Assembly (NCBI GenBank): GCA_001662655.1
Contig: KV460282.1
Source of the DNA: Pseudogymnoascus verrucosus
Taxonomy: Eukaryota
Length of the DNA: 64,000 nt
Reading direction: 5' to 3' (one strand)
Shown here: piece by piece, positions 33,332 to 45,712 of the stretch
Layout: each line of letters opens with the position of its first letter
Numbering within the stretch: position 1 is the stretch's first letter
Translations under genes and position numbers: made by a program
Notes under the pieces: generated by a model
Told to the model about the DNA's origin: nothing
The model's input: the letters and a program-made list of their open reading frames with translations, nothing else
Database searches by the model: none

Positions 33332-34625
33332 ATGACTTCCTCATCCTCGCCTTTCAATCTGCAGACCTGTGCGCGCCCTAATATCCTCGCTCTCCAACCA
33401 TACCGCTGCGCGCGCGAGTAAGCCCCTCCTCCCCTCCATCCCCCCCAGGCCCAGACAACCCATGCTGACCTCGAACCCCTCTCACAGCGACTACAAAGAC
33501 GACGGCACAAACATCCTCCTCGACGCCAACGAAAACGCCTTCGGTCCCTCCCTCCCCCCCTCCCTCACATCCGCCGACCTCTCCCTCAAGACTCTAAACC
33601 GATATCCCGACCCCCACCAGGGCCCGCTGAAAACGCTGCTCTGCGATCTCCGCAATGCCTCCCCGCCTCCGAACCAAATACCTACGCCCGCGCCGTTGAC
33701 GGCAGAGAACCTTTTTCTGGGTGTTGGGAGCGATGAGGCGATCGATGCACTTTTGAGGAGCTTTTGCGTGCCGGGTAGGGATAAGATTTTGGTTTGTCCG
33801 CCGACGTATGGGATGTACACCGTCTCTGCACACACCAACGACGTCTCTCTCGTTTCCGTCCCGCTTCTCCCAGCGCCGACTTTCGGGCCCGACGTCCCTG
33901 CCCTCTCCGCCGCCCTAGAGGCAGATAAGACGATTAAGATCCTCTACCTCTGCTCACCCGGGAACCCGACTGGGTCGCTCATCCCGCCGAAGGATATTGT
34001 GGAGTTGCTGAGTCACAAGACGTATAATGGGATTATAGTGGTAGACGAAGCGTATATTGATTTCGCGCCCGCGTCTTCGTCGGCTGCGCCGCTGGTGACT
34101 GCGTATCCCAACCTGGTGGTGCTGCAGACGCTGTCAAAGGCTTTTGGGTTGGCGGGTGTGAGACTGGGTGCGGCGTTTGCGGCGAAGGAGGTAGCGGGGT
34201 TGATGAATGCGTTGAAGGCGCCTTATAATATCAGCACCCCCACCAGCATCCTCGCTTCCGCCGCGCTGTCGAAGGAGGGGGTGGCGGAGATGGAAGCCTC
34301 GCGCTCGAAAATCGTTGAGCAGCGCGAACGTCTTGTTGCTGCTTTACCGTCCATTAAGGGTGTTGGAAGGTTGAGAGGAGGAGAGGCAGCGAATTTCCTG
34401 CTGTTTGAGATATTGAATCAGAAGGGGGAGCCGGATAATACTGTCGCGAAGGGGGTTTATGAACGTCTTGCTGCGGGGAGGGGGGTGGTTGTTAGGTTTA
34501 GAGGGACGGAGTTTGGGTGTCTTGGGTGTCTGAGGGTTACGGTTGGGACGGAGGAGGAGGTGACGAGGTTTTTGGGGGAGGTGGGGAAGGTTGTTGAGGA
34601 GGTTTGGGGGGAGGTTGGTGCGTAA
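33332..34625 (+). CDS. HIS5: Histidinol-phosphate aminotransferase, 2 exons
   Basis: Exons 33332-33417 and 33488-34625. PYRCARDDY, LLDANEN, LNRYPDPHQ, GVGSDEAID, CSPGNPTG, VVDEAYIDF and TLSKAFGLAGVRLG (PLP lysine). Confidence 0.95.
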
Positions 34626-35199
34626 TTATAGAATTTGAGTGGGAAAAGATGGATTTAGGACATAGGAGGAGAGAGGGAGGGAGCTGGGGTTGGAGAAGGA
34701 AAAAGAGGGGGGGTAGAATCTAGATGTCAGCTTCTAAGACGAATAAAAAATGATAATTACAGTACTTCGATAGTCACTCGTGCACACCTCACTCAAAACA
34801 CATCAAAGCCAAGGCAAAGAATTAAAATAAAAAGACGACTCCATTCCCTATCCCCCCTTCCAATCTAGAAACCCCCAATCCCCATCCCCTTCCTTCCCAC
34901 TGTACCCAGCTACACTAGCCACCTAAGAGCAGCAACAAATGAAAGCAACCAGCAACCAGCACGCACACACCGAGCAGAGAGAATTAAGCCCGTCCGTCGG
35001 TCCGTCCACTCATTGGAAAGAATAACTCAACCCCATCCATCCATCCTCCTCCGTCCGATTTTTCGTCGTGTGGGAAAAGAAACGTTAAAAAAGGTCGTCA
35101 AAGCAGCGCGGACAAAAGATATAAGCATACACCCTTCTCTTCTTACAACACCCCCCCATCACCACTCACCCTCACAATCATCCACACAAACTCTCAACT

Positions 35200-36767
35200 C
35201 TAAGAAAGAAGCTCCTCCTCCCTCAACCCCGCCGCCAAACCCCCAACACTCGGCACGCCCTCCCTCGCAAGGCCGTCCTCACCAACATCAACCACCTTCT
35301 TCGGCGCAGACGGGAAATCATCAAAGCGCAGATCCGCCGCCGCGTCCGCAGCTGAGGATGCGAGACCCTCAGTCTTCATCGCCGCGCCGGGTGGGGGGAT
35401 GGTGTAAGTTGGTAGGGTGGTGGTGGGGATGGTGGTGGTGGTGTCGACTGGGATAGAAGAGGTGGTGGTGGAGGGGGCGAAAGAGTCAGTCTCCGGGACC
35501 TTGGGGAAGGAGTCGGCGGCTGGGATGGCGGACTTGGACTTGGACTTCTTGGTGGAAGTAGCAGCCGGGGAGAAAGAGGAGGTAGATGGGACCTTAGAGG
35601 CGGTGACACCAGTTGTGACGGACGGCTCGACGGACTTCCTGTCTGCTGGGGAGGAGCTGCGCGCGCGTCCGATAATCTCCTGTGCCTTGGCTGAGTAGTC
35701 GCCGACGTACATCTTGGTGGTGGCAGCGGCGTTGCTAGCGTGCTGGCTGGCCATCTGACGAACCTGGGTGGTCTGGGCGTTGACAATCTGGGAGAGCTGC
35801 TCGATTTGTCCGTCGATGAGGGCCTTGTTGGTGGTGTACACCAGGGGGCCGAGGAAGAGGACTGAGGTGCCGATGAGAGCGAGGCCCCAGAGGGGGACGA
35901 TCTTAACGAGGTGGTAGGAGATGAATGCGGACAAAAGAGCGGCGCCGGAGGCGAGGACGTTCTCTGCGAACAAGAGGCGCTGCGACTCGATAACGAAGAA
36001 GTTGATCAGCTCGTCCAGGTCACCAGTCATCGAATCCAACGTAGACTTGGGAACGGTATAATACTTCCTCGGCCTAATCTGTGCCGTGAATCCCGCATTG
36101 AACAGCGCGCGCCCCGCCACCTCCGCAGCGACGGTAACACCGAGCGCCATCCACGTCAACTTCAGTCCATAGCGGAGGAGATCCAAGTAGCGCGCTGCGA
36201 AGATGAAAACCACAGTCGCGGCGTAGGCGAGGGCCGACGCGCGGGGGTTCTCCCAGCTGAAGAGAGAGCCGAAGAAGGAGTGGTAGTGCGTGAGGGGTTG
36301 GCCGGTGGCGGTGCGCGTAGAGGGCGTCTGGCGCGAGGCGGAGAGGGCGGACAGCTCGGCGGAGGTCTTGGTTGCTTCGGCTTTGACGTTTTCGGCGACG
36401 GGACCTGAGGGGGGGGAAAGGTTAGCTATGACCTCATTGTTTTGTTTTTTTTGTAGGTGGGAGGGAAGGAGGGAGGTGTGTTACCCTCAGTGAAAGTTTC
36501 CTTGACGTTCTTCTTGGAGGAACGCTTTGTGGTGGTGTTGTAGGCGTCGGCACCTAGAGGGGAGATATCAGTAGCTGTTGTTGTGGTGGTGGTGGTGTTG
36601 GGAGCTAGGGAGGTGGAAGGGGTAATCTGTGACGTTATCAGTAACATGAAGCTTTTGAGGGAGATGGGGAAGCTCCGTACCTCACCGTTGGTGAAGGTGT
36701 TGCCGGCGTTTGAGCCTGTGGTCAAGCCCTCAGTAGAGCCGATGACTGGGTAGGGAGCAGAAGACAT
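35200..36767 (-). CDS. RTN1: Reticulon-like ER membrane-shaping protein, ~3 exons
   Basis: Approximate exons 36767-36686, 36553-36485 and 36404-35200. Reticulon domain LFSWENPRAS...two long hydrophobic hairpins...ELINFFVIESQRLLFAEN...LVYTTNK. Confidence 0.85.
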
Positions 36768-38348
36768 GTTGAAGGTCGTGGGGTGGATTTTGTTGTTTGT
36801 GGTCGAGCAGCGACGGCGAGACGGCGAGGGAGCTATATAGTATAGCTTTACTCTCTCTCTCGGTATCGAGCAGAGATAGAGTTGTTGGAGACGGCAGAGC
36901 CTGTCAAAGGGTGATGAAGATAGAAGAGACTGTTATAGCGAGTCCTCTGGTATGACTCTGTGTGAGAGCGTATGATTTGTGAAGGTTTAAGGAGGAATTT
37001 TGGAGATGTTTCGGAGGAGTTGTTTATGTGGGAGGAGGGAAAAGTAAAGTTGCCCCGTTTATGGTGGTGTTGGCAGGGAAAGTGGAGGGAGGGAGGACCA
37101 GGCAATAATTACTGGTGTAGTAAGAGGTACCTGTTAGAGAGAACAGGAGTATCTCATGCATACTACAAACAGCGATAAGGTACATATTTATTCTCTAACA
37201 GGTACAAGATTCACCTATTAATGTACAGGTTTTTGTTATTTTCTATGATGGCGACAGAACCCGAACCTGACAATCCTGACAATCCTGACAATTTGTATAG
37301 GGAACTCCCTCGTTCTAGCCCAACTTTTTAGTTATTTTATGTATCCCCCTTGTACTTGCGATAGTAATTTCTACAGGGAAGTGTAGGGGCTAAGCTATGC
37401 AGAGTACTTTACGGTACTTGGGATCACTAACATTTCTTACTAAATTTACTAAAATTTACTCCTAGAAGGGGCAACCAAGCACGAGCTTTGCTTTGTGGCT
37501 GATACAATAATCACTGAAAATGAAAAATGTACACTATGCATCCATGACGTGTACGCCACAATAATCCTGTCTTTTTGTTTCTTTAAGATACTTTGTATAT
37601 CTCTATGTTGGTGCCATGTTCGTGCTCATTATGATGTATCTCATCTTTTGCGTGTTACTTATATCTGAATCTCCATCTGTCCTCTGTATACCCTCATTCC
37701 CGTCCCCCCTAAAGATCACCCCTAAATCCAGACCAAAACATAAACAGTGCGTAATATGATATTTATGATATTTTTTCCATGGTATATTTGTCTGTGCTAT
37801 GCTATCTATCTCCCAAGTACCGCACCACCCGCCCGCACCCCCCTAGCAACAATCTGTGGCGCACCTAATACCTACCCCCTGCTAAACAAATACCCCTACA
37901 CGCACCACCACCCCTCACAAAAATAAACAAAATTGACATGTGATACAACCCGATATCAAAGGAGTCATCCATCCCCGTTGTGTGATGGGACGCGTGGTCG
38001 TGTCGCGAGGACACATCACTGTTCATGTGCTTGTGTTGCCTGGGAGTAGGGGAAAGGGGATGGGGGTTGGTTTGTGAGGACGCGTGGGGATGTGTGGGGG
38101 GTGCGTAAGGCAGTAGGAGGACAGGCTGGAGGACAGAGAGGCAAGAAGATAGATATTCCTCAGAAGGGAGAGCAAGGCTGCGATAAAAGGAGACTGAATA
38201 AAATGATACCTGTCAAGATCATAATAGTAGTTGTAGTGTAATTCAGCCTCTAAAAAAGCTCGAGATGCTATCCCCCAGGCCAGCCCGGAAACACCCTCCT
38301 CTCCCCCACTCACTCTCCCTCCCCCTCAAACCCCCGGGTATCAACCAC

Positions 38349-40277
38349 CTACGCCAACCCCGCACAAATCGCCGCCACCGCCCCGCGATCATACTTAACA
38401 TACTTCCCCCTCCCCCTATCTAACTCATGATACCTATCCCAAAACCTCCCATACAGCGGCTCCACCATCGCCTGCACATCCCTCGCAAACGCCTCCCTAA
38501 CCTCCTTCTCCATCGTCAACATCTTATGCTTCGCCACCAGCTCATCAAACGTCGCATTAAACTGCCTAAACTTCTCCTTAATCGTATCCCTCTCCTTACT
38601 ACTCAACGCCTTCACCACCGCCGCGGATTCATTCCCTGTGCTCCCCGACGCCGGCCGACCCGCCCGTCCACCCCCCGTCCTACTGCCACCCGTATGCACG
38701 ACATCCATTAGGATCCTCGATGTCTCGAGCCATGGATCCATATACAGACTCGTCGCCTTCTTCTTCCACGTATCCAGGCTCGGGATCCGGGATTTCAGCA
38801 GGGGGGCGAGATCAGACGCGCTGATCATGCGATTCACAACCACCAGATTATTCGCCAAGAACACACCCTGCAACTGCTTTGTCTTGAGCAGCTGCGCGCC
38901 CTTAGCCTGGAGGGAGGAGAGCAGCGCATCGACCGTGTCGGCGCTGTAGTGCGCGAAGAGCTCTTTGCCGTCCGCCGTGACGTCGAACGAGGCAAGGGAG
39001 GGGGTAGTGTCCGCGGAGGCGTTGGTGCCGGATGCGCTCTTCCAGTTGCCGTCGCCGAGGGAGATCATGATGCCGGAGATGGGGCGCAGGAATTCAACCA
39101 TGGTTTGGAGACGTGCCATGGTCTCGGTGGTGATGGGGAGGGGGGGGACGTCGACGGGGATGCTCTGGATCCCGCTGACGCGTTTGCGTGTATCGTCTAA
39201 GAGTTCCGCGAGGGAGGTGCGGGCAGTGTCGCGGATTGGTTTGAGGACAGACCCGAATGGGCCTTTGAGCTCGCCTGTCTGCGTCTCAACGCGGCTTGAG
39301 AGCTGGGAGATGATCTCGAGGATCTCGTAGGCGAGGAAGCAGTCCGTGGTGAGGTGGGCGCGGATATGCACGTTCAGCTCGCGGAGCGTCCTGCCGACGT
39401 CGTCCATGGCGCCTTGGCAGGCGAGGTTGAACACCCGGCCCCAGTCGTCGCGGGCGAAGAGCGCGCAGACGTTCTCGTGCTCGGCGATGTAGGCGCCTTC
39501 GATGGCTTGGGCGTACATCCCGATCCCGTTCGTGCCGTGCTTGTAGATGGCATCGGCGGACTTCTTCTTGGCTGTGTTTACGGATGCGGCTGCGAGGTTG
39601 GCGAGGGAGGCTTGTAGGTATGGGCCGCGGACGTTGGCGTAGATTTTTGCGGTTGGGCTCTCTTGGGCTTGGGCGACCATTGATGTCTGTTGGCGGGCAC
39701 CAACGAAGGAGTTGATGAGGCCAAGCCGTGTGGTCTTGTCCTGGCTGAGCGTGGGCCAGGGTTTCTGTTTCGTGATGAAGTTCAGCGGCTCGACTGGTGC
39801 TGCATCTTCCTGTAGTATGCGCCGAAAGACAGACTCTAGCTGCTGATTCCCAAACTGTATTAACCTGCTGAGATCGGACAAGGCTTGCTGGTTTGATTTC
39901 ATATTTGTAGATTTGAGGTCCGACAAGGCCCTAGTGACACGGTTCATCGACGCCAGATAAGATGACAATCCCGCATTGTCCGGCCCCGATCTGATGATCT
40001 CCTCCTCATTATTCTTGATATCCGACGGCCCGCGCACCGTCTCAATCGCACCAAGTATCGAGTCTATATTGTTCCCCAGTACTTGTAGTCGTTGTGTATT
40101 CCCGTGAATTGGGCCAATCGCCTCCTGTACACTGCGCCCGCTGGTCTCTAGTCGTGTCAGGGAAGCTTGAATCTTCTTCGTCAGTTGCGCTGTCTTCTCC
40201 AGTCGTGATGTCAGGACATCGACTTCCGCTCGCGCCTCCTCGTCTGCTGCCTGGCGCGCGCTCAGGGTAATAGCCAT
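38349..40277 (-). CDS. EXO70: Exocyst complex component Exo70
   Basis: Intronless. ADEEARAEVDVL...EEEIIRSGP, GVFLANN, LSSKERDTIKEKFRQFNATFDELV and YGRFWDRY...KYVKYD. Confidence 0.95.
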   Translation of the reverse strand: MAITLSARQAADEEARAEVDVLTSRLEKTAQLTKKIQASLTRLETSGRSVQEAIGPIHGNTQRLQVLGNNIDSILGAIETVRGPSDIKNNEEEIIRSGPDNAGLSSYLASMNRVTRALSDLKSTNMKSNQQALSDLSRLIQFGNQQLESVFRRILQEDAAPVEPLNFITKQKPWPTLSQDKTTRLGLINSFVGARQQTSMVAQAQESPTAKIYANVRGPYLQASLANLAAASVNTAKKKSADAIYKHGTNGIGMYAQAIEGAYIAEHENVCALFARDDWGRVFNLACQGAMDDVGRTLRELNVHIRAHLTTDCFLAYEILEIISQLSSRVETQTGELKGPFGSVLKPIRDTARTSLAELLDDTRKRVSGIQSIPVDVPPLPITTETMARLQTMVEFLRPISGIMISLGDGNWKSASGTNASADTTPSLASFDVTADGKELFAHYSADTVDALLSSLQAKGAQLLKTKQLQGVFLANNLVVVNRMISASDLAPLLKSRIPSLDTWKKKATSLYMDPWLETSRILMDVVHTGGSRTGGGRAGRPASGSTGNESAAVVKALSSKERDTIKEKFRQFNATFDELVAKHKMLTMEKEVREAFARDVQAMVEPLYGRFWDRYHELDRGRGKYVKYDRGAVAAICAGLA

Positions 40278-40633
40278 TGCGATTTGCTGCGCATCCGCTA
40301 CCGGAGTGAAATAATCCCGTATCACTGTGCTGTCTCAAAGGAATGTCGTCATTCTCTCCAGCCAGGCGCCAATCGAAGGGTGAGCTGATGTTATTGTCGA
40401 GCTTGGGTATGGTGTGTGAGGTTGCCCCGTTGCGGGATCTTGTTGAGAACCGAGTTATGCAGTCACAAATAATGTAGGGATCAAAGTAGTATATTATAGA
40501 AGACTCAATGACCTTCGTATGCTTCTGGAATGTTGTGAATTCTGACGTGTCGCATAGTGTGCTTTAGGGAGGTTCACTGATCGACGAGTGAGAGGTGAGT
40601 GATGATCGCTACCTACACGCGCGGGCCTCATGG

Positions 40634-40715
40634 GTGGCTCCAGCCACACACATATTGAATCAGGTACCAGCCACAGACAGCACCAGCCATGTTACCAGCC
40701 ACAGTCATCAGCCAC
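40634..40715. promoter_or_regulatory. Cluster of CAGCCAC (GTGGCTG) motifs, Crz1/CrzA-like sites
   Basis: Perfect CAGCCAC at 40641, 40668, 40696 and 40709, with near-matches at 40634 and 40684. Located in the EXO70/phospholipase divergent promoter. Confidence 0.5.
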
Positions 40716-41003
40716 AGATGTCACATGCAATTTAAAATATGATAGAGTATGTTTTCTGTGGCTTAGCGCCTTAGCGCCGGGGGAGTAAGAAGTGGCGGGA
40801 GCTACCCACCTACCCGATTTGTTCCTGGTTTGGCCGCCATACGCCGGTAGTCAGTCTAGTCCCCTCCAAAATCCCTTATTCCCTGATTCTGAATCTTCAG
40901 CTCCTCTAGAATTTAGCTTCTTAAAAAAATCACAGGTCATAATAGTTCTGCATAGCATCCAGCTCATCGCCGTCATGAGATTGGGTGCCAATTGCATCTT
41001 GCC

Positions 41004-43652
41004 ATGATTCTGACAGTGCTGAAGACCCTTAAACACAACCCCTCTCTACCAAGCCGCCGCGCTCTTGTACCTTATTCGCAGCTTGCGCAGCTGTCGCATT
41101 GGAGTCGAGGCCCGCGATCGAATATATTAGGACGGATTGAACCTCGAAACCCCCTCAGGCATGATCGCGTAGTCGCCCAGAAAAGACACTTCTTCCGACG
41201 AAAGCCAGCCAAGGCTCCGATGGATTCCAATGGCACTGTGGCCAAGGCTACTACAATTGTACTTATCGCCGGCCTCGCCTATGTCCTGTATGAGAATGAC
41301 TTTCTCCAGCCCCTGCCGCCTACGAAGACCCGGGAGCGGTTGACGGTTGAGCGAGTTGCGCGCCAGAAGCTAGAGGAGAAGATTGAGCAGGATGCGACGG
41401 AGAATGTGGAGGAGCTGTCAAGCTTGCCTTTCGCAAAGGCGGCCGCTCCTGATAAAAATGCAGACGATTCATCATGGGGCCGCTTTGCGAGCGGGTTCGA
41501 ATCACTGGCTTCTCTGAAGGATGTTGAGTGGAGTACTGTCCAAGGAAACATCGCTGGTTTTATCCTGCCGGAGTGGGCAAAGAACATCCAGGAAGGCTTG
41601 TCGAAATTGCAGCTTGAGATGTCAATGGCTCCTGGAAGTCTTGCCGATGAGATCTGGAAGGATGCCCAAGACCCAGAAAACAACCCCGAGATCGCGCGCC
41701 GCGCGACCGTTCGAGTGTCCCAGGAGCTATGCGACGAGGAAAAGGAGTTTCTGAAGAGGCGCAAAGTGGTCACCACAACCGCACTGGCAAAATATCTCGG
41801 TATCCCAGAAGAAGAGGTCCATCCGGATGATGTCCCTACTATTGCTATGGTGAGCTCCGGAGGTGGGTTGCGCGCTCTTGTCGCAGGAACAGGTTCTCTG
41901 CTTGCTGCACATGAAGACGGCCTCTTCCAGTGCGTCACCTACACCGCCGGTGTTAGTGGAAGCTGCTGGATGCAGGCAATCTACCATTCATCTCTGGGAA
42001 ATCGCCGCTTCGACTCTATGGTTAATCATCTAAGAGCGCGCCTTGGTACTCACATCGCGTACCCACCCGATGCTCTTACGGCTCTCAACTCTGCACCTAC
42101 GAACAAGTTCCTACTTAGCGGCTTTGTCGAGAAACTGAAGGGAGACCCCGGTGCCGACTTTGGCGTCGTTGATCTCTATGGACTGCTACTCGCGGCAAGA
42201 CTTCTCGTTCCAAAGGGCGAGCTTGGTGTCGACAACAGGAACTTAAAGATCTCCAACCAACGCGAAAGCTTGAAAGATGGCGAACACCCCATGCCTATCT
42301 ACACTGCTGTCCGCCACGAGATCCCCATTCTTGAAGAGTCCACCGACAAGGAGAAGGAGAATGACAGGCCATCTGAGGAGACGAAAGCACTGGCAAAGAA
42401 GGAGGCGTGGTTCCAATGGTTCGAGATCAGCCCTTACGAGATGTTCTGCGAAGAGTTCTCAGCCGGTATTCCCACTTGGGCCATGGGCCGACAGTTCAAA
42501 GACGGCAAAGACGTCCCGCAAGAGAACGGCCTTACAGTCCCAGAGATGAAGCTGCCACTTCTAATGGGTGTCTTTGGTAGCGCTATGTGCGCTACCTTGA
42601 GCCACTATGCGAAGGAGGTCAAACCAATCATGAAGGGCATTCTACCAGTCGGTTTCTCAACCATCAAAGACATCATCGAGGAGCGCAACGATGACCTCTC
42701 CAAAGTGCACCCCATCGACCCCGCATCAATCCCCAACTACTGTGTGGGAATGAAAGACAGACTCCCCGACACAGCACCCGAGAGCATCTTCAAGACCGAT
42801 CACATCGAGCTCATGGACGCAGGGATGTCAAACAACCTCCCCATCTACAGCTGTCTCCGCCCAGGTCGCGACGTCGATATCCTCATCGCCTTCGACGCCA
42901 GCGCCGACATCAAGACCGAGAACTGGCTCCAAGTGACAGAGGGTTACGCCCTGCAGCGTGGCATCAAGGGATGGCCCCTCGGTGCCGGCTGGCCCAAGAA
43001 GTCCGATTCTTCTGAGGAAGCCGCTGCCCAGCTTGAAGACGCGCAGGTTACTTCGGCCGCTGAGGCAGAGGCGAAGCTCAAAGAGGCGAAGGCGGATGCG
43101 GAGGCGGAGCATAAGGCGCATGATAAGGCGGTTGCTAAGAAGGATACTTCGAAAGGCAGAGTTGCGGCCGCTAATCTTGATGGAAACATCGGTGACAACG
43201 GCGACCTGGGATTCTGTAGCGTCTGGGTCGGCAGCACGCAAGAGCGCGAACACACCGATCAATCCACGGCCCCGCAATCCAAGGACGAGTCCGATTCCGA
43301 ACCTAAGTCCAAATCCGAGGAGTGGAAACTCATGGAGCCCGACGCAGGTATCGCAGTCGTCTACTTCCCACTCCTCGCGAACCCAGCATTGGAAGGTGTG
43401 GACCCAGAGACCAGCCCGTACATGAGCACGTGGAACTTCATATACACGCCCGAGGACGTGGATAACGTTGTTGGGCTTGCGAAGGCGAATTTTGAGGAGG
43501 GGAAGGAGAGGACGAGGCGGGTGGTGAGGGCGGTGTATGAGAGGAAGAAGAGGGCGAGGGAGGAGAGGGAGGGGAGGGAGAGGGAGGAGGTTTTTAGGAG
43601 GAATATGAGGATGGGGGCTGTGGGGGAGGATGGGGGGCAGGAGCATGCTTAG
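41004..43652 (+). CDS. Cytosolic phospholipase A2-like / lysophospholipase (PLA2_B catalytic domain)
   Basis: SGGGLRA oxyanion motif, GVSGSCW catalytic Ser, LMDAGMSNNLP catalytic Asp and DILIAFDAS. The N-terminus resembles a presequence plus TM helix. Confidence 0.9.
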   Translation: MILTVLKTLKHNPSLPSRRALVPYSQLAQLSHWSRGPRSNILGRIEPRNPLRHDRVVAQKRHFFRRKPAKAPMDSNGTVAKATTIVLIAGLAYVLYENDFLQPLPPTKTRERLTVERVARQKLEEKIEQDATENVEELSSLPFAKAAAPDKNADDSSWGRFASGFESLASLKDVEWSTVQGNIAGFILPEWAKNIQEGLSKLQLEMSMAPGSLADEIWKDAQDPENNPEIARRATVRVSQELCDEEKEFLKRRKVVTTTALAKYLGIPEEEVHPDDVPTIAMVSSGGGLRALVAGTGSLLAAHEDGLFQCVTYTAGVSGSCWMQAIYHSSLGNRRFDSMVNHLRARLGTHIAYPPDALTALNSAPTNKFLLSGFVEKLKGDPGADFGVVDLYGLLLAARLLVPKGELGVDNRNLKISNQRESLKDGEHPMPIYTAVRHEIPILEESTDKEKENDRPSEETKALAKKEAWFQWFEISPYEMFCEEFSAGIPTWAMGRQFKDGKDVPQENGLTVPEMKLPLLMGVFGSAMCATLSHYAKEVKPIMKGILPVGFSTIKDIIEERNDDLSKVHPIDPASIPNYCVGMKDRLPDTAPESIFKTDHIELMDAGMSNNLPIYSCLRPGRDVDILIAFDASADIKTENWLQVTEGYALQRGIKGWPLGAGWPKKSDSSEEAAAQLEDAQVTSAAEAEAKLKEAKADAEAEHKAHDKAVAKKDTSKGRVAAANLDGNIGDNGDLGFCSVWVGSTQEREHTDQSTAPQSKDESDSEPKSKSEEWKLMEPDAGIAVVYFPLLANPALEGVDPETSPYMSTWNFIYTPEDVDNVVGLAKANFEEGKERTRRVVRAVYERKKRAREEREGREREEVFRRNMRMGAVGEDGGQEHA

Positions 43653-44149
43653 GGGGTGTGTGGGGGGGCGGTTGGTGTATGAGGTTGGGAGTTTGGGTGG
43701 TTTGGGGCCTGGGGTATGGGGGGTTTCGGTTTGGTGGATGTGTTGGTTGATATAAGGTGGTAGTTTTGTTTGGTGTATGTGAAGTAAGTTGGGCATCTAA
43801 TACCAAGTTCAGTTTGTTTTGATGGCGCAGATGCTCGAGAGGAGAAGTGGCCATTAAGATTAAAGGTTGTCGAATCCATCTGTATAATTTTTTATCACAT
43901 ACGGAGCACGCGGGAATCGAATTTACTTGTGGGGACGTTTAATGTTCACCTACGTGTAAGAATTCACCCCTAGTCTTTGCGAACAAAGAAACAAAGAAAT
44001 AAAGATTCTCATAGTAAGAACGCGTCCTATATCCCACTAAACAAAGACACCTTCTGCTTCTCTCTACCCATCACTCACATCCGTCAGTCATCACGCCTCT
44101 CTAAACCTCAAAATCAAAATCAAGAGGCAACCTACAGCCACGTTCTATA

Positions 44150-45352
44150 ATGGGGGAGTGCTTCAAGCTTACAGTTCCACGAGCTAGGGGCACGCTTCGC
44201 GAGGGAGGCACGGTCGACGAGATGATGTTATTTGCCACGATGGACGAATTTACAGTACCTCACTTCGTTATCCCGACCGCATCAGCTCAGCAAGCATCTT
44301 CACCAGCCGTCGCTAGCCCAGCTACGCCCGTCACCTCAGCTGAACCCCAAGGCGGCAGCAGCGGCCTCGATGTCTCAAGCCCATCCCAATACGCGGTCGT
44401 CGCTGTCACCCGGAGCCAGGAGCCCCAGAACACCTTCTACACGCTCCCATTAGACATCCACGAGCTTATCTTTGCCCACCTCGACGACCTCGCGGACCTC
44501 ACGTGTGTAGGCCTCACGTCGCCATATCTCTGGGGGGTGACGCAGGATATTGTTCATCGGCACTATCGAAAGCACTTTGGACGCCTTGCGGGCGAGAATA
44601 TCGTCTTTGCTGGCGCCGATACCCTCCCTGACGACTACCCCCCCGCCTTGTTCTTAGTTTCAGAGTCGAAAGATTTAAACGGGAGGGTTTCCACCATGCG
44701 TGACGGTAGAGAAGATATTGGGCCACTCACCCTGTATAACATGGCCGAACGGCTCGGTGTCCGTTACTATGGGAGGATAAACATCGAGGAGAAATCGCGG
44801 AATGTCTATAACGAGTGTCTGAGGCGGACGACTGCACCAGACCATTCGCAGTCGTCGTGGCGGAATGCGGTTCAGCGCAAGGTCGGGGAGATTTGCGTTC
44901 AGGAATCACTGTTTGTGCCGACGGATCAGGCGTGGCTTCTGCGAAACCTGGCAACTAAAGAGTTTGTCACATTAGGCGGGATCGCCTTGGACGTAAAGTT
45001 TATCCATGGGCCATTTATCAAGGGCACTGGGTTCGGCCAGGTGTTGGTGTCACGCACGTGTTGGTCCTCGAGTAGTAGCATTAGCATGTGCTTTGATGGG
45101 AAGATTCATAATGGGGTATGGTCCGGACACTGCTTCGATATCACAACGCGCGGACGGCATGATAAGAGTACCAAGGATGAAAAGGCCGAGTGGAAGGATG
45201 TGAGCGAGGAGGTGGCGGCGGAGATTGCGGCGGTCTGGAAGAGCGAGTATGGGCCCGGCTGGCAGGAGGTGGCTATTGAAAGGGCTGAAAGGTATAAATG
45301 GACTATTCTAGGGCGAGTACTCGGAGGTGGCGGCACCAAATGCTGGACATGA
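44150..45352 (+). CDS. Hypothetical protein with F-box-like motif, paralog 1
   Basis: FYTLPLDIHELIFAHLDDLADLTCVGLT (F-box-like). C-terminal WLLRNLATKEFV...GFGQVLVSRTCWS...GVWSGHCFDI...WKDVSEEV. Confidence 0.8.
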   Translation: MGECFKLTVPRARGTLREGGTVDEMMLFATMDEFTVPHFVIPTASAQQASSPAVASPATPVTSAEPQGGSSGLDVSSPSQYAVVAVTRSQEPQNTFYTLPLDIHELIFAHLDDLADLTCVGLTSPYLWGVTQDIVHRHYRKHFGRLAGENIVFAGADTLPDDYPPALFLVSESKDLNGRVSTMRDGREDIGPLTLYNMAERLGVRYYGRINIEEKSRNVYNECLRRTTAPDHSQSSWRNAVQRKVGEICVQESLFVPTDQAWLLRNLATKEFVTLGGIALDVKFIHGPFIKGTGFGQVLVSRTCWSSSSSISMCFDGKIHNGVWSGHCFDITTRGRHDKSTKDEKAEWKDVSEEVAAEIAAVWKSEYGPGWQEVAIERAERYKWTILGRVLGGGGTKCWT

Positions 45353-45361
45353 GCCATGGGT

Positions 45362-45712
45362 GACCAGCCCTGGATTCTATAGAACCTAACGACAATGGAG
45401 TTTGTTACAGCGGCTGGGATTGCCTTGGATGCGGAGTTCATTAAGGGGCCTGTTATAGCCGGTATTGGGTTTGGCCATGTAATATTGTGCCGTACGTGCT
45501 GGTCGTTGAATAGCAGCGATGAGGGTCTCTATGGAGGGCGGATTCGTACTGGAGTGTGGGCAGGACATAGGTTCGATATCGCGACGCGTGAACGGCATGA
45601 TAGGAGCGCTAAAGATGAAGAATGGAAGAATGTGAGCGAAGAGGTGTCGGCGGAGGTTGCAGCGATCTGGGAGAGCGAGTATGGTGCTGGCTGGCGGGAG
45701 AGATTTATATAG
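45362..45712 (+). pseudogene. Partial duplicate of the F-box-like family C-terminal domain
   Basis: DQPWIL*NLTTMEFVTAAGIALD...GVWAGHRFDI...WKNVSEEVSAEVAAIWESEYG. TAG at 45380-45382 replaces the conserved Arg, and there is no N-terminal part. Confidence 0.75.

Noticed and set aside
37266..37292. CCTGACAAT x3 tandem repeat
   Set aside because: A simple minisatellite with no spacers, so not CRISPR-like, and no function is evident.
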